Origin: Carcharhinus longimanus
Taxonomy: Eukaryota
DNA length: 64,000 nt
Assembly (NCBI GenBank): GCA_030264375.1
Contig: JASCQW010000043.1
Span: forward strand, 63,015,984 to 63,079,983
Direction: 5' to 3'
Under the pieces are notes generated by a model. That model was not told the DNA's origin. It searched no databases and saw nothing but the letters and a program-made list of their open reading frames with translations. Each line of letters opens with the position of its first letter. Within the stretch, counting starts at the first letter, position 1. The position numbers were made by a program, and so were the translations under genes. Shown here one piece after another: positions 52,622 to 64,000 of the stretch.

Positions 52622-52631
52622 ATGTCAGTGA
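52524..52631 (+). promoter_or_regulatory. Upstream overlapping ORF, 35 aa (MRGLKHVAEKRMSSQIQSSEVHPIFIQELLSSGCQ*)
   Basis: Read directly: ATG 52524, second in-frame ATG 52557, stop TGA 52629-52631 inside the ZNF608 CDS in a different frame. Function is inferred. Confidence 0.55.
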
Positions 52632-53557
52632 ACAGTTCCATTGCTAGTAGTAAAGGTGTTGATTCAAACGCGGTTGATACTTACGACAGTGGCGATGACT
52701 GGGAAATTGGAGTGGGAAATCTGATCATCGATTTAGACGCGGATTTGGAGAAAGACAGGCAGAAATTGGAAATGAATAACTCGAGTGGCAACAGCGGCAG
52801 TAGCAGCATTGCAGCCAGTGGCAGCAGCAGCAGCAAGGAGTGCGGGGCCAGTGTAGCAGCAGCGTCAACCCTTCCTGATAGCCTCAAATTCACCTCCTCC
52901 TCCTCGGTCCAGCCGCCTCCCCCAGGCAATTCCCACAAGGAGACTGGCAAATCCAAAGTGAAAAGAAGCAAAACTTCCAAGGATGCTAATAAATCTCTCT
53001 CCTCTGCCTCACTGTATGGGATTCCTGAAATTAGCAGTGCTGGCAAGAGGCAGGAAGTTCAAGGGCGCCCTGGAGAGGTTTCTGGCATGCATTCAGCCCT
53101 GGGTCAAACACTGAGCAGCAGCAGCAACGGCAGCAGCGGCGGCAGCAGTGGTTGCAACAATAATAATAACAGTAACATTATTAATAACCCCGCCATTGGC
53201 AATTGCACTAAAGGCAAGGAGGAGAGAGCGGCCAAGGGCTCGGGCAGGGGAGGCTCGAAACGGGACAAGGAGGCCGGCAGGTCCCGCAAGGATGGCAATA
53301 AGCAGGAGGTGGGAGGGCAGCACCCTGGCCAGCCCCCGATGCCGGTGCCCGTGACAGCCGCCTCGCATCTCTTTAACTTCGGCCCCAAAGGCGGCAGCAG
53401 CTCCTTGCAGTGCTGCGGGGAGCCCGCAACCCGCATCCAGGACATTAAGAGCACGCTGGAGTCAGGAATATTAACCCACCCCATCGTGCTGAAAAAAGAT
53501 GATGAAGAGCGTGACGAGGAGAGTGCCCGACCTATCAAGAAATTGAAAACTGAAAAG
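52622..53557 (+). CDS. ZNF608: Zinc finger protein 608 (Brakeless/Scribbler homologue), first coding exon, 312 codons, phase-0 donor
   Basis: Translation MSVNSSIASSKGVDSNAVDTYDSGDDWEIGVGNLIIDLDADLEKDRQKLEMNN...GNSHKETGKSKVKRSKTSKDANKSL...LYGIPEISSAGKRQEVQGRPGE...IKKLKTEK matches the recalled vertebrate ZNF608 N-terminus rather than ZNF609. It ends at the donor AAG|GTAACA (53557/53558). The ORF-track tail VTTP* is intron read-through. Confidence 0.95.
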
Positions 53558-56500
53558 GTAACAACACCCTGATTCTGTGTTTATTTATTTTTTGGTGTGT
53601 GTTGTTTTGCTGCCTTTGTATTCTCCTTGAATGTTTATTCTAGGCAGGCTGGTGGATAGATGCAGAGAGCAGGAATGATGATGCCTTGCTAAGAGTGACT
53701 TTTACACACCAGGGCAATATTTTTGTTGCTTTAATTCAAGCACCTTGGGGGGGGGAATAAAATCATTTGTGGTTATATTTCTTAACTGCTGACAACTGTC
53801 ACCAACAACCCAAAATTATAGTCGTTCGTTTGTGCAATAATATATATGTTTGGTTCTGTTACAGGGCTTGAGTCAGTGAGAAAAGTCAACATTTTCGCTG
53901 ATTTTTTTTGCCAAGTAACAGGCTGGTGTTATGCTCACACACACAAACAATGGAACCAACTCCACAGCTGGAGAGAAATTAGGTTATTGTAATCACTGCT
54001 GTTTGCCTGAAGGGTGGGGGGGAGGGGTGGAGAGGAGGTGCTTTGTAATCAAATACAACACTAAACGCCTTCATAAAAGCTGCACTGGCCTTGCCTTCTT
54101 GGAATGCAGAGATGGTTGATGTGGTGCCTGGCATTTTATTAACATCAGTATGGGCACCATGATCTCTGTTCTGTGGATCCAATTTGAAAGGAAGTTTGCC
54201 CTTGCCTTCCATTGTTAGTGTGCAACCGGGCTTTTGGTATGTTGGTAATTATCCAAAGGCTATGGAGTTTCTCAGGAGGCTCTGATCCATTGTTGGTTGG
54301 GTAATAATGGGGTCAGTGGAATTGTGCCATTTTAAGAAGCTTGCCGATTACTGCGGATGATAGTTTCACAATCTATGCTCTTAACATCCTAAAAATATCC
54401 TGCAGGTTTCTTGTTTCAGATAAGAATATCTAGACCAGTGTTCAGTGTTTAAACTTGCTGTGTGTTGATATGGACGGTGACATTTTTGTGATGTACATGA
54501 TGTGAAGTGAAGAAAACTTAAATAAAATTAGACCTTTCAGAGTAATTACATCCTTTTCATAATAGTTTGTCGGGCACCCTGTGATTTACTTTCCAACCTT
54601 TCCCTTCCCATTCAGCTGAATAAATTGATTCCCTGCAATGGAATTGGTCAGTTCAGTCAGAGAGGATTTTGTTCCAGTGCATAATAAAGTGAATTCCCAG
54701 CTTGTTGAGGTGGTGACCTTTGCATTTCTGCTGATACTACTGTTGGAAACTTCAAACAGCAGCAAGATTGGCTGGCTAAGAAAACGATATTTTATTTGAT
54801 TAATTTTATTGCTGGAGAAACAGTTTCAAGGAGACATTGAGATGTTAATAAAGATTTAAACAGTAAAGTGCAGAGGCTAATGCTCTATAGTCTATTAGTC
54901 ATGAGAAGGATATCGAAACAGATTTGGGATGCAGAGGAGATTGGCAAACTGTTTGACATGCTTGACAATTCCCCAATCAAATCATTTTACTTTGGTCTCC
55001 AGCAGACTGCAAATTGGGAGCCGTTTTAATCTGCTTTAAATATCAAGATAACTTGCTCTAATCTGTTCTTCACAATGGCTGTGGTTAAAGTTTCAAGACC
55101 ATTTGATTGAATTTGCTGGCTGTGCAAAATGCAGAAGGCATTGGTCCCTACACCCCTGAGCTTTTTTAATCTTTCAGCCAAATGTTCAGATTCAACAGTT
55201 TTGTTTAGCAAGCAATCTGTACATTTTCAAATCCTAGAGGCAGGTGTCATGGCAACAGAGATTAGAGTGGTGTGGTTTCACTACTCCAATTTCTTCCTTA
55301 TTTATACCTCAAATAGTCTCCTGGGGAAAATGTTTTAGTGTGTCTATTCCTCAAAACAATCAAGACTGTGTGTACAAAACCAGTGCTTGCTGATTTTCAG
55401 TCAGTGAGTCATAGAGAAAAATGTCCAGTATCGTACTGCTGCTTGCTTGTCTTGATTCTCCCCAGATATAATTGACAAGCACATTCTATTCATTCTAGCA
55501 CAGCCTGTTTTCCTTTTGACTGCTCCAGAGATCATTCAGATTTAAACCTGCAGCATTCACTGCATATGGCTTGAAGGGAATGGTATTGATATGGAACCCA
55601 TGGTCCTAATGTACACACTTGTGCCTTGTACTTGTTATTTATTTGAAAGGCCAAGGCACGTTTTGTTAAACCACGTTGTAACAAGCTGTGAAATATTTAT
55701 ACAGTTGCCTGGTTTAAATGAGGTTGAAGACAAATATGTCTAACTATACTTGTTTGATTAGCAGGTTGCGAAAGGTACAAGGTAAATCCTTGGGAGTTGT
55801 AGTCATTGTTTAATCTCTGCAGTGTGTTTGCAGGTCTATTCTTGGTCTGTTTATTCCATTTGTTTGCTGCAGTTAGTCATGTAAAACATGATAAATTGGA
55901 GCCTATTAAAGCTAATTATTTTTGTGACTCTGTTTCTGACTGCCTTTTATGCCAAAAACCACAAATATGTTGTAAAACCTGCCACTCCCTACACGTATTG
56001 CTCAAGTGAAAAGCAGCCTATAATTTGAGTTGTTTGAGCTATTTCTATGTTGCTCATTTTTGTGGTTTAGCTGTTGCTAACATGTCTGACTTAAGTAGAC
56101 TTGGCAAGGCTAGTAACCACTCCTAGGAGTTTGCAAAATCCTTCCAATATAGGGTTACCTAATAAAGGCTTGTCAGCACCCAATCCTTCACCAATTCCAT
56201 GTACCCAGTCCACAAAATAGAATTGTGCATTTCACTGGCTTGAGCTAAGACATTAATGAAGTGAACAATCATCAGCTGGATTAATTGATTGAATTGATAA
56301 AGTACAGTACAGGAATATAAAGCACAGCTGGAAAGCCAATCCTGTTTCATACACCACACTGGAGTCTTCTAAGTAGCACTGATCATTGACTGTAGAAAAC
56401 AGGCTGCAAGTACAGGCTTGAGAGTCCTCATAAGGCCTGCTAATATCAGGGAGGAATTTGTCACCTTTTGAAAATGATGCAGTGATACATTTCACAGCTG

Positions 56501-57234
56501 AGAATTGCGTTCACCAGTGACTTGACATACCATTAATGCTAGCAACTATTTTTACTGTCACATTAGACTAATAAATAGAAAGGAATGGTACTGAAAATAA
56601 GTTGCGGCCAGAAAAGCATTTTCTATTGGGTCTTTTATGCTTGTTTTTGTTCCCGCTGATTAGTTGAATGGAAACATACATATACCTTCCTGTTCTTTGT
56701 ATGTTGCTATCAATTGTCTGTTACAGTCTGTGGCAAAGGACTGTAAGTGGTAAGCAGTCATTAATGAAGAAAGGACAGATTTGTTTGAATGTGAGCGGTT
56801 TAAAAAGCTGACTCAAAACTCTGCAAGAAGGGGGTTGGCTGGTGAATGGTACCACAAACTAGCACGAGTCCCTGCAGAACAAAAAACTCTTCAGTCTACT
56901 TAATGCTTTGTAACTTTGAATAGTGTGACCAGAGCTCTTTCAGAGGGGGTGAATGAGCTGGTGGCCTTTGACTGCTGAGAACTTTTTGGACGAACTTATA
57001 GTGACCTCCCAAGATCTGTGAGACCAGAGTTGCTATTGAGTTTTTTTCCTACTAATGAGTTGCATTTCTAATTTCATTTGAAAAATTATATGTTTGTAAA
57101 GACCACTAAAATTCTTTCTAAAATGTCACTTTAATGGATGTGCCTTTAAAAGGAGACCAGACTAGAACGTATTATTATCAAAACTTATTGTAAAGTTAAA
57201 TGTTAAGTGTTTAATATTTGCACCCTAATATTTA

Positions 57235-57345
57235 TTTTCCTACATCACAGTAGCGTCTACACTTCAAATGTATTTAATTGGCTGTGAAATGCTTTTGGAT
57301 CTCCTGAGGTCATGAAAGGCCCTGTACAAATGCAAACTCTTTCAT
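57235..57345 (+). mobile_element. Deu-type SINE 3' end
   Basis: TTTCCTACATCACAG...TTAATTGGCTGTGAAATGCTTTTGG...CCTGAGGTCATGAAAGG...AAATGCAA. Confidence 0.65.
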
Positions 57346-57832
57346 TCACCAAAATTGGAGCTACAAATTTTTACTAATAAATTTAAGAGGACTGTTATGA
57401 GGAAGCAAATCACATGAGGCTCCTAGGAGAGGAATTATTATGTGTGTTCTTTAACTGCTGTGGACTTCCTGAAGTATTACAGCACCGCCATTCAAACACC
57501 ATGAATATCGAATCGGAAATGTGCATCAGGTCTCGAGAAAGAAGAGGTTCCTTGTACAAAGTTGAAACGAGGAAAGGGAGTATTATTCTGAAAGCTAGCC
57601 AGCACTTAGCAGATTGCTTTGATGTGTGTGTGTTCTGAATGGGCCTCCTCACTGATTCCTAGGTATGAAAAACACATGAGCACAATTAAAGTTGCAGAAA
57701 CCATTGAGTTTCTCACAGGGGGTTGTGGAAGGGGGTTTTGCACAGCACAAGCCTATTTTTACTGTGACAAACATTCATTTATATAAGATTTGAAGTGCTG
57801 TTCAGTCATGGCAAAAAATGTTCTTAGATTTG

Positions 57833-57990
57833 TTAAAATATAGGAACAGGAGTAGGCCTCTGAGTCCCTCCAGCCTGCTCCATCATTCAGTTACATCATG
57901 CCAAATCTGTAGCACAGCTTCATAACTCCACCTTTTGTCCCACATCCCTGACATCCTTACCTACAAGAGTCTATTGATCTGTATCACAAG
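57833..57990 (-). mobile_element. CR1 3' tail fragment
   Basis: TAGGAACAGGAGTAGGCC...CCAGCCTGCTCCATCATTCAGTTACATCATGG-like. Confidence 0.75.
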
Positions 57991-58032
57991 AATTCATCTG
58001 AATCAAAAATCTACGAAAATTAAACTCAAAAT

Positions 58033-58216
58033 GAAAAACAACCAAATGGCAGACGCTGGAAATCCAAAACAGAAGCAGGATCAATGTTGGAAAAAAAACT
58101 TAGCATCTGTGGAAAGAACAGGCAAATTAATGTTTTAGGTCTGGACCCTTCACAGAAAGCTGACTGGTCTGTTTCACTGACCTGCTGGATGTTTCCTGCT
58201 TTTACCATTTCTGTTT
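58033..58216. mobile_element. Degenerate fold-back element, probably Penelope-derived
   Basis: GCAGACGCTGGAAATC..AAACAGAA...GCATCTGTGGA arm and CTGACCTGCTGGATGTTTCC...TTTCTGTTT return arm, with a decayed hammerhead-like core on the minus strand. Confidence 0.5.
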
Positions 58217-61200
58217 AAAATTAAATTCCATTAATTGTTGAAGTATTTAAAACCGGTGCTTTACGTGCTTACCTAAATCATCTACAGTAGTTAAGAGAGA
58301 CTTGCTTCTGGGTTGGTGTGCATGCAAGCAATACTTCAGTGCAATGTCTCCAGGCCCCCTTCCCCCAAAGAAATTAGTTTTTTGGCCGCAGACTCTGAGC
58401 AATGGATAACAATCACTGTTCTTTGTTCGAGGTCTTTTTATTGAGGCTAATGACTGGTCTTGTGCCGCTCCAAGATAAATGACATTATCTCTGAGTGGGC
58501 TGACAGGAAACAGACATGTTAATAGTGAAGCTGCAGGGAGGATCTTCCCTGTTCCTTGCAAAAGAAAAGGCAGGACCTCTAGTTGTGATCATTAGAGCAT
58601 AATGCATTCCTGCTTTTCCCATGTGGGTCAAGGTAATTAGAAGCATAATGGTGTGTTTTCATATGGATGTCAAACCACAGCAATGACATTCTTAATTTCA
58701 ATTTATGGTCGATCATTTTAGGAAAGATTTTCTTGTGGTGGGTTGTGTCGCTTGGAACAAGAGATTGCAGGTCAGTTTTGTCATCTGCACCCTTGTGTGT
58801 TTTTCACAAAGCAAAAATAATTTTGTTACGCCAACAACAGTACAATGGCTACAGTCTACTTTGTCTGTTAGGTCTGGAAAGATTTGAAGTTTCCTGTGTT
58901 TTGTCTTGTGTAATGATTTTTCAGAGTAACCAACATTTGTAGAAATATTTGGGTAAACAAAGGGAAGCGATTAGGAGTTTCACATTTGTTTCTTTTTCAT
59001 TTTGAGTGTGTTTTCACTCTCAGTGGAATCTGTTACTTGTCAGCAGCAGAAGATGACCCTGATTGCAGAGTTTTTGTTCAGCACAGGATCCAAAATGAAG
59101 TAGTGTGGAAGTGAGATAGGAAATCCATCTGTGTAATCAAATCTTGCAGCCAGCTAAGCATAAAGCTCGTCCTTGAGTTCAGATAAACGCTGTCAAACAC
59201 AGGCTCTCCAATCCCTAAAGAAAGCCAAAAGGCTGAGAGTACCTGTATGTACAGTGCTTGTCTCCATAAGTAAAATAAAAGCTGCCAAGTTTTCAAGCAC
59301 AAGGATAGTAATCTATTAAAATGTCAAAGCCAACTTTCGCTATTACATCACTGAAGTGTACATTTTCTCTGATTTACAGTATTTCAGTTTATATCAAATG
59401 GACAAGTTCTATTTTTCCCTAAAAATAAATGATGAAATTGCTGGGGGCCTTTAGAAATGTGTGCTGTGGTAGGTTGCACATTTTCCTTCTGTCCCTTTCT
59501 TCCACACTGAGACTTTTTGTATGGGGAATGAAAACACTGGGATGAAGCACTGTGCGTGTGTGCTTTTGACCAGCTGAAATTCACAAATCCTATTTTTAAA
59601 GGGAACTCAATTTAAGCATTGTGGAAAATGTGCGCAAACCGCGTATTCAGCAGGTTAAATAGATGCTTGAACCAGCATTTTAATTCAGCAGCTTGGAACA
59701 TTAACTGGGGCGAGATCTTCAAATTGGATAACCTTTGTTAGTGAAGAACAGAAGATCAGGCCAAGCGATAATTTGCCACTAAAGGGTATTAAAGGAGAAG
59801 GACAGCAGTAATACCAAAGGCTGCTTTGTGTCTGTGATGGTTTTTAGTACAGTGTGTCTGTTGCTTTTTTCCCTTTAATCCAAACTAAATGGTCTTGGCA
59901 AGTTGAACAAAGCCTTTGCATTTGAATGAAAGGTTGTAAAACTATTCAGACATTAATGCATGGATTAAATGTGGATTGGCTGACAATAGGGCTGTTTGTA
60001 TCATTTTTTGAGAGCTGAAAGCAAATTCGTGAGGGGAGGGGTGATGTATTTCTCTGGGGTCACATGTCAGGATTGCTGTTCCATTAGTAGGTTTAGCGGG
60101 GATGTGAATTGTATCAGTCCTAGCTTTAGACTAAATTGTTCAATTTTTTTTCTGGCACTTTACAATTGTAAAATGCTGGTTTAGAAATGAAACATTTCTT
60201 TCATCATGCATAAAAACATGCATAAAAACAATGAAAATGTATTTAAAAAAGACTTTAGTTACTGGAAAACAGGATGTAGGATGCACTCTGATTTTGCCAT
60301 TGTCATACGGTTGTCTACATTTTTAAGTTGCTTTGTTCTGAAGGGGACAGAATGTTTATTGGCCCCTTGGTAACTGGGTAGAATGGATCTGCATTATTAT
60401 CCCTCGCCTCTGCAAAGTCTATTTAATTTGGATGTAAGTATGGTGAATTTTGTTATGTGTAGAGGTAACGCTAAGAACTCAGCAATTGTTTGTGTTACCT
60501 TCTGAAAGATATTCCATGCAAAATAACACACCCGGGTCTCTACTGTTCAATTTCTCACATTTCTAGTTCATGATTTATTCTTTATTAAATAAACCAAAGA
60601 CAATTAAACTCTTTGAAGTGAAACAACTTTTCAGATGTTGAGATAAGCTGACTTTGAACAATGAGTGTATATTTTCAGCGAACAAAAGACTGCAAAATCC
60701 TTTTCTTGATTGTGGGAGGTGTTTCCTCAAAGAGAACAGGTTTGTCTTGGAAACATCTTGATGACTATTTTGTTCCCCTAATCTGAGTGCTGTAATTGAA
60801 GCAGATGGTCATATACTGGCTTAGCTTTATCAAGGAGTGTATTTATTTTTTCTCAACTTTCTCCTGAAGTTTTCACATATGGTGCATTTAGCACTGAATA
60901 TTGACTAAGTAGATTTGCATTGACAGGTGAAGCATTTAATGAAATCCTTATTCAGGCCTGTACAGTCAGTATAAAGGCAGAGAGGTAATACACCACAGAT
61001 GCAGTAGTAAAGTCTCTGGGCACTCTNNNNNNNNNNATAATTATTGCCTGTTAATGCCCAGATACAAACCCAGACCAAACGGGACATTTCATTGAAATCC
61101 ACAGCCTGTCAGTTGCATCAAGCACTGCTGGAATTTGTTTCCTCGCTCTTCCACAGTGTTTCTAAAGAGTTTGTCCCACTCTTTGTGCACATTCTGCATC

Positions 61201-64000
61201 CTGCTGTTTGGCTAGTTGTCTGAATTTACATTTGCTGTTGAGATCCTGAACCAACCTTTCCCATGATGCTGTAGCAGATGCCAGACACGGGAGTATAAAG
61301 CAAGCAGCTGTTTCCATTACACCATCACTATATTATCCTACACAATCTGTTTCCTCTGTAAGAACTCTCCTTGCATTCTCTGCTGCCTCTTTTGGCCTTT
61401 GTATCTTGGGGATTGCCTGTGTACTTTTAATCCTGACGGTAACTCTTATTAGATTAATCGTCTTCATACATTCATTTTAAATAAACAAATCCGGCCTCCT
61501 CTCCTGACTTGGAAAGTAGATTTCTTCTTTGTCCTGCACTCGTCAGTTTTGGACAATCTTGCCTTTGTAAGGCAATGTCAGAAGTGCTTAGAAAGACCCA
61601 TCCCTCTCTCCCATTTTTATCCTCACAGCCTTGATCTTTCACTAGCCAATCTCCTGTTTTAAAATAATATATGACTAATGCACAAAGGAACCTGTTCTAC
61701 TTCCCAGTGAATAAAGTAACGGCACACTATTGTAGCACAAGATTCGCACAAAGACAGCCAGTGCCAGTAGAGGATTTTAATGTTAGCACGGAAGCCCTTT
61801 ATCGAGGAAATTAGTAATATTCTGGTTTCAAAAGGCGTGCATCCAGTTTTGTTTTAAATAAAAGCACAGTTCTGCAAAGCGAATGTGGCAAAAGTAGTAA
61901 CAGAAATAATTGGTGTCTTGTATACCAGACTCTTATATTACAGTGGTGTAGAGATGTTTGATTGACTGGGAAACTGGCATAGCTATTTGAGTGTTAATGC
62001 TGTTGGACAAACTTTTTTGTAGTTAGTGGTTTTGTTTGCTACTGGAAAATCAGCAGATGAGTATCTACGTAGTAGTGTTCTAACATGCTTTTCAGGCACT
62101 GCAAAATCTCTGCTTCATTCTGAATTTTATAGAAATTAAACTTCAAAGAATGGAATCCTAAACAATGAATAAAATTTTGTCAAATTAATTGTGCAGTTGG
62201 TGTGCAGGAACTCTGGCAGCTTGAGCACAGATAAACATTACAATTATGCAGTTTCAGTAGTAAAATGTTTGTGGTGCTGAAAAGCCAGGGGAGACCTGTA
62301 TTGGTAAAGATGAGATTGTGTTTTTAAAATTGGAACTTGGGCAGTGAAAGCTCACTTGGTTTCATCAGGAGATAAATGGACGACATATTTCATTTGACTA
62401 AAAATACCCAAAGCAAAAGAAACGGGAGTTATTATTATTCTGTAATGGGAGAAGTCATGTGTGATTAGTGTAACATTTTTAATTCCAATCCCAGGGCACT
62501 CGAATCGCCTCTGGCTCTTCAAGGTTGTCAGTTTTTTGCTTCCCAATGCCATCTCCTTTACTGTCATTGGCTTTGCTGTTTACAGCTCCTGCACAATGCA
62601 TTCATAAAATATGAGTAGTGTAAACATTCAAGGGTCCAGGGCAGCAGAATGCACAATGTGCCTCAGGGGTGTTGCCTGGGATTGAGAAATGTTTTGTGCA
62701 AGATTACCACAGCACTGCAGCTTATTTATCTTTCTGGGCTGAATATAATGTTTGCAGCAAGAAAACATTGACTACATCAATGCATTATGCTGTGTAATAG
62801 GTAAGGGAGGGAAATGCTGAGCATGCAGTGGGTTGAAGGTATGGTTCCCAATAGAGGGGCAAATGGGGGTAGGCGGTGGCAGGGGTTTGCATGGGCAGAT
62901 TATCAATGAAGGGAGACTTTGGAGGAAGCTGTGCTGAAGGAGGATACCACCATGGGTAGTACTCTCCTTCAGGATACCACCCTGAATGTTGCTAGCAACA
63001 CAAGTGGCAAAATCTTCGATTATTTTACATTTATGGAAGGTGATATCGTAGAATTTTGAAGTTCAAAATCATTAAACCGGATACTTACCAAAATATATTG
63101 CTGCCAATATTATCCCAGCATTTTAGATGCATATATTTAAAGCGTAAATTTCTGTTTTAAATATGCAGCAATGTCAGGTTGTTATTTTGCTTACAGATAT
63201 TCAAGAGCAAATTGTAAAACCTGCTGTGGATAATACACTTTACTGCTGCATATTCACTAACTCATGGGCTAGAACAATATGCTGGTAACCATATGGATAT
63301 TTAGAAAGGTGGTGACTTGGAATATTATTCCTTCCGTCTATCTCTCTCTCCCCCTCTCTCTCAAGTTGATATTTCTTAAGAAGTGGGAGTCTTGGTCAAA
63401 AAGGTGGTCGGAGGGCAAAAGGTTAAGTAATCAACACAATTGCGGTCATTACCCTGTCAGCTTGATCCTGATGCTGCTGCTCTTATCACATTGTAGTCAT
63501 ATGAAGCTGAAATGTGTTTTATTGCCTTTTTAACCACACTCAATTATAATAGAGCCTATGAGCTTGCAGTTGGCGGATGGCCAATGGGAGGAAAGCACAT
63601 GAATGGTTTAATTGTAGAGCAAAGCATTTGTTTATGGAGAGAAGGTCCGATCTGTTAGCCAAATGTTGTTCGAAATGGGGGTGAGAAGGAGAAAGAGTTT
63701 GAGCTGTGATTGGGCTTGCAATGCAATGGTAGTTTCTTATTTTTGTTCACACTGCCTGCAATCTGTGCCCCTTCCTCCCTGCACCCCAGTCAGAACAGGA
63801 GGCAAAATGCACTCTTGACGGGTGAGGGCAGTTTACCGCTGACCACAGTGAATGCTTTCAGGAGAACAAAGGGGGGGGGATGGGCATTGGCGGAGTACCT
63901 TGCGGGGGTGGGGGAGGGGGGGTGTTTTCCAGAAACTGGACTGCTTCTCACTATTGGGCACCANNNNNNNNNNNNNNNNNNNNNNNNNGGGCCGCTAGAG

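Larger units (their letters stand above)
47070..53530. promoter_or_regulatory. CpG-retaining, TE-poor promoter-proximal domain
   Basis: CpG is visibly more frequent than in the flanks (e.g. 47110-47150, 47820-48270, 49360-49540, 51980-52090 and the exon). Not quantified. Confidence 0.5.

Noticed and set aside
52681-53538. Antisense ORFs 52681-53046, 53093-53368, 53104-53538 and alternative-frame 53148-53354
   Set aside because: Shadows of a GC-rich, trinucleotide-repeat coding exon. Leu-rich translations have no recognisable domain.
53558-53572. ORF-track C-terminus VTTP* as the true ZNF608 end
   Set aside because: The protein match ends at KTEK at a GT donor. The remaining exons lie beyond the window.
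48949-57990. CR1 tails on both sides of the exon as circularisation-promoting inverted repeats
   Set aside because: Both are on the minus strand (direct orientation), and the left one probably lies upstream of the TSS.

Overview
Vertebrate genomic DNA, almost certainly a shark (elasmobranch), from a gapped draft assembly. The call rests on HE1/V-SINE-like and Deu-type SINEs, CR1, L2, Rex1/Babar and RTE LINE fragments, and Penelope-like elements. The only supportable protein-coding feature is the first coding exon of ZNF608 (+ strand; probable exon 52434-53557, CDS 52622-53557). Upstream of it lie a CpG-richer candidate promoter/non-coding first exon (~47-50 kb) and ~46 kb of repeat-rich gene desert with repeat-free candidate enhancer islands. 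Downstream is a strikingly TE-poor intron. The best leads cluster on the ZNF608 exon: a 35-codon upstream ORF overlapping the main ATG (possibly switchable by an alternative acceptor), and a circ-ZNF609-like back-splice ORF. Other leads are minimal hammerhead ribozyme motifs in Penelope-like elements, a young TIR element in a perfectly palindromic target, a SINE family with two alternative LINE-type tails, a 41-bp minisatellite open in all three + frames, and template-switch scars inside LINEs. All family assignments are from recalled consensus motifs, not database searches. No wholly new multi-gene system is evident.
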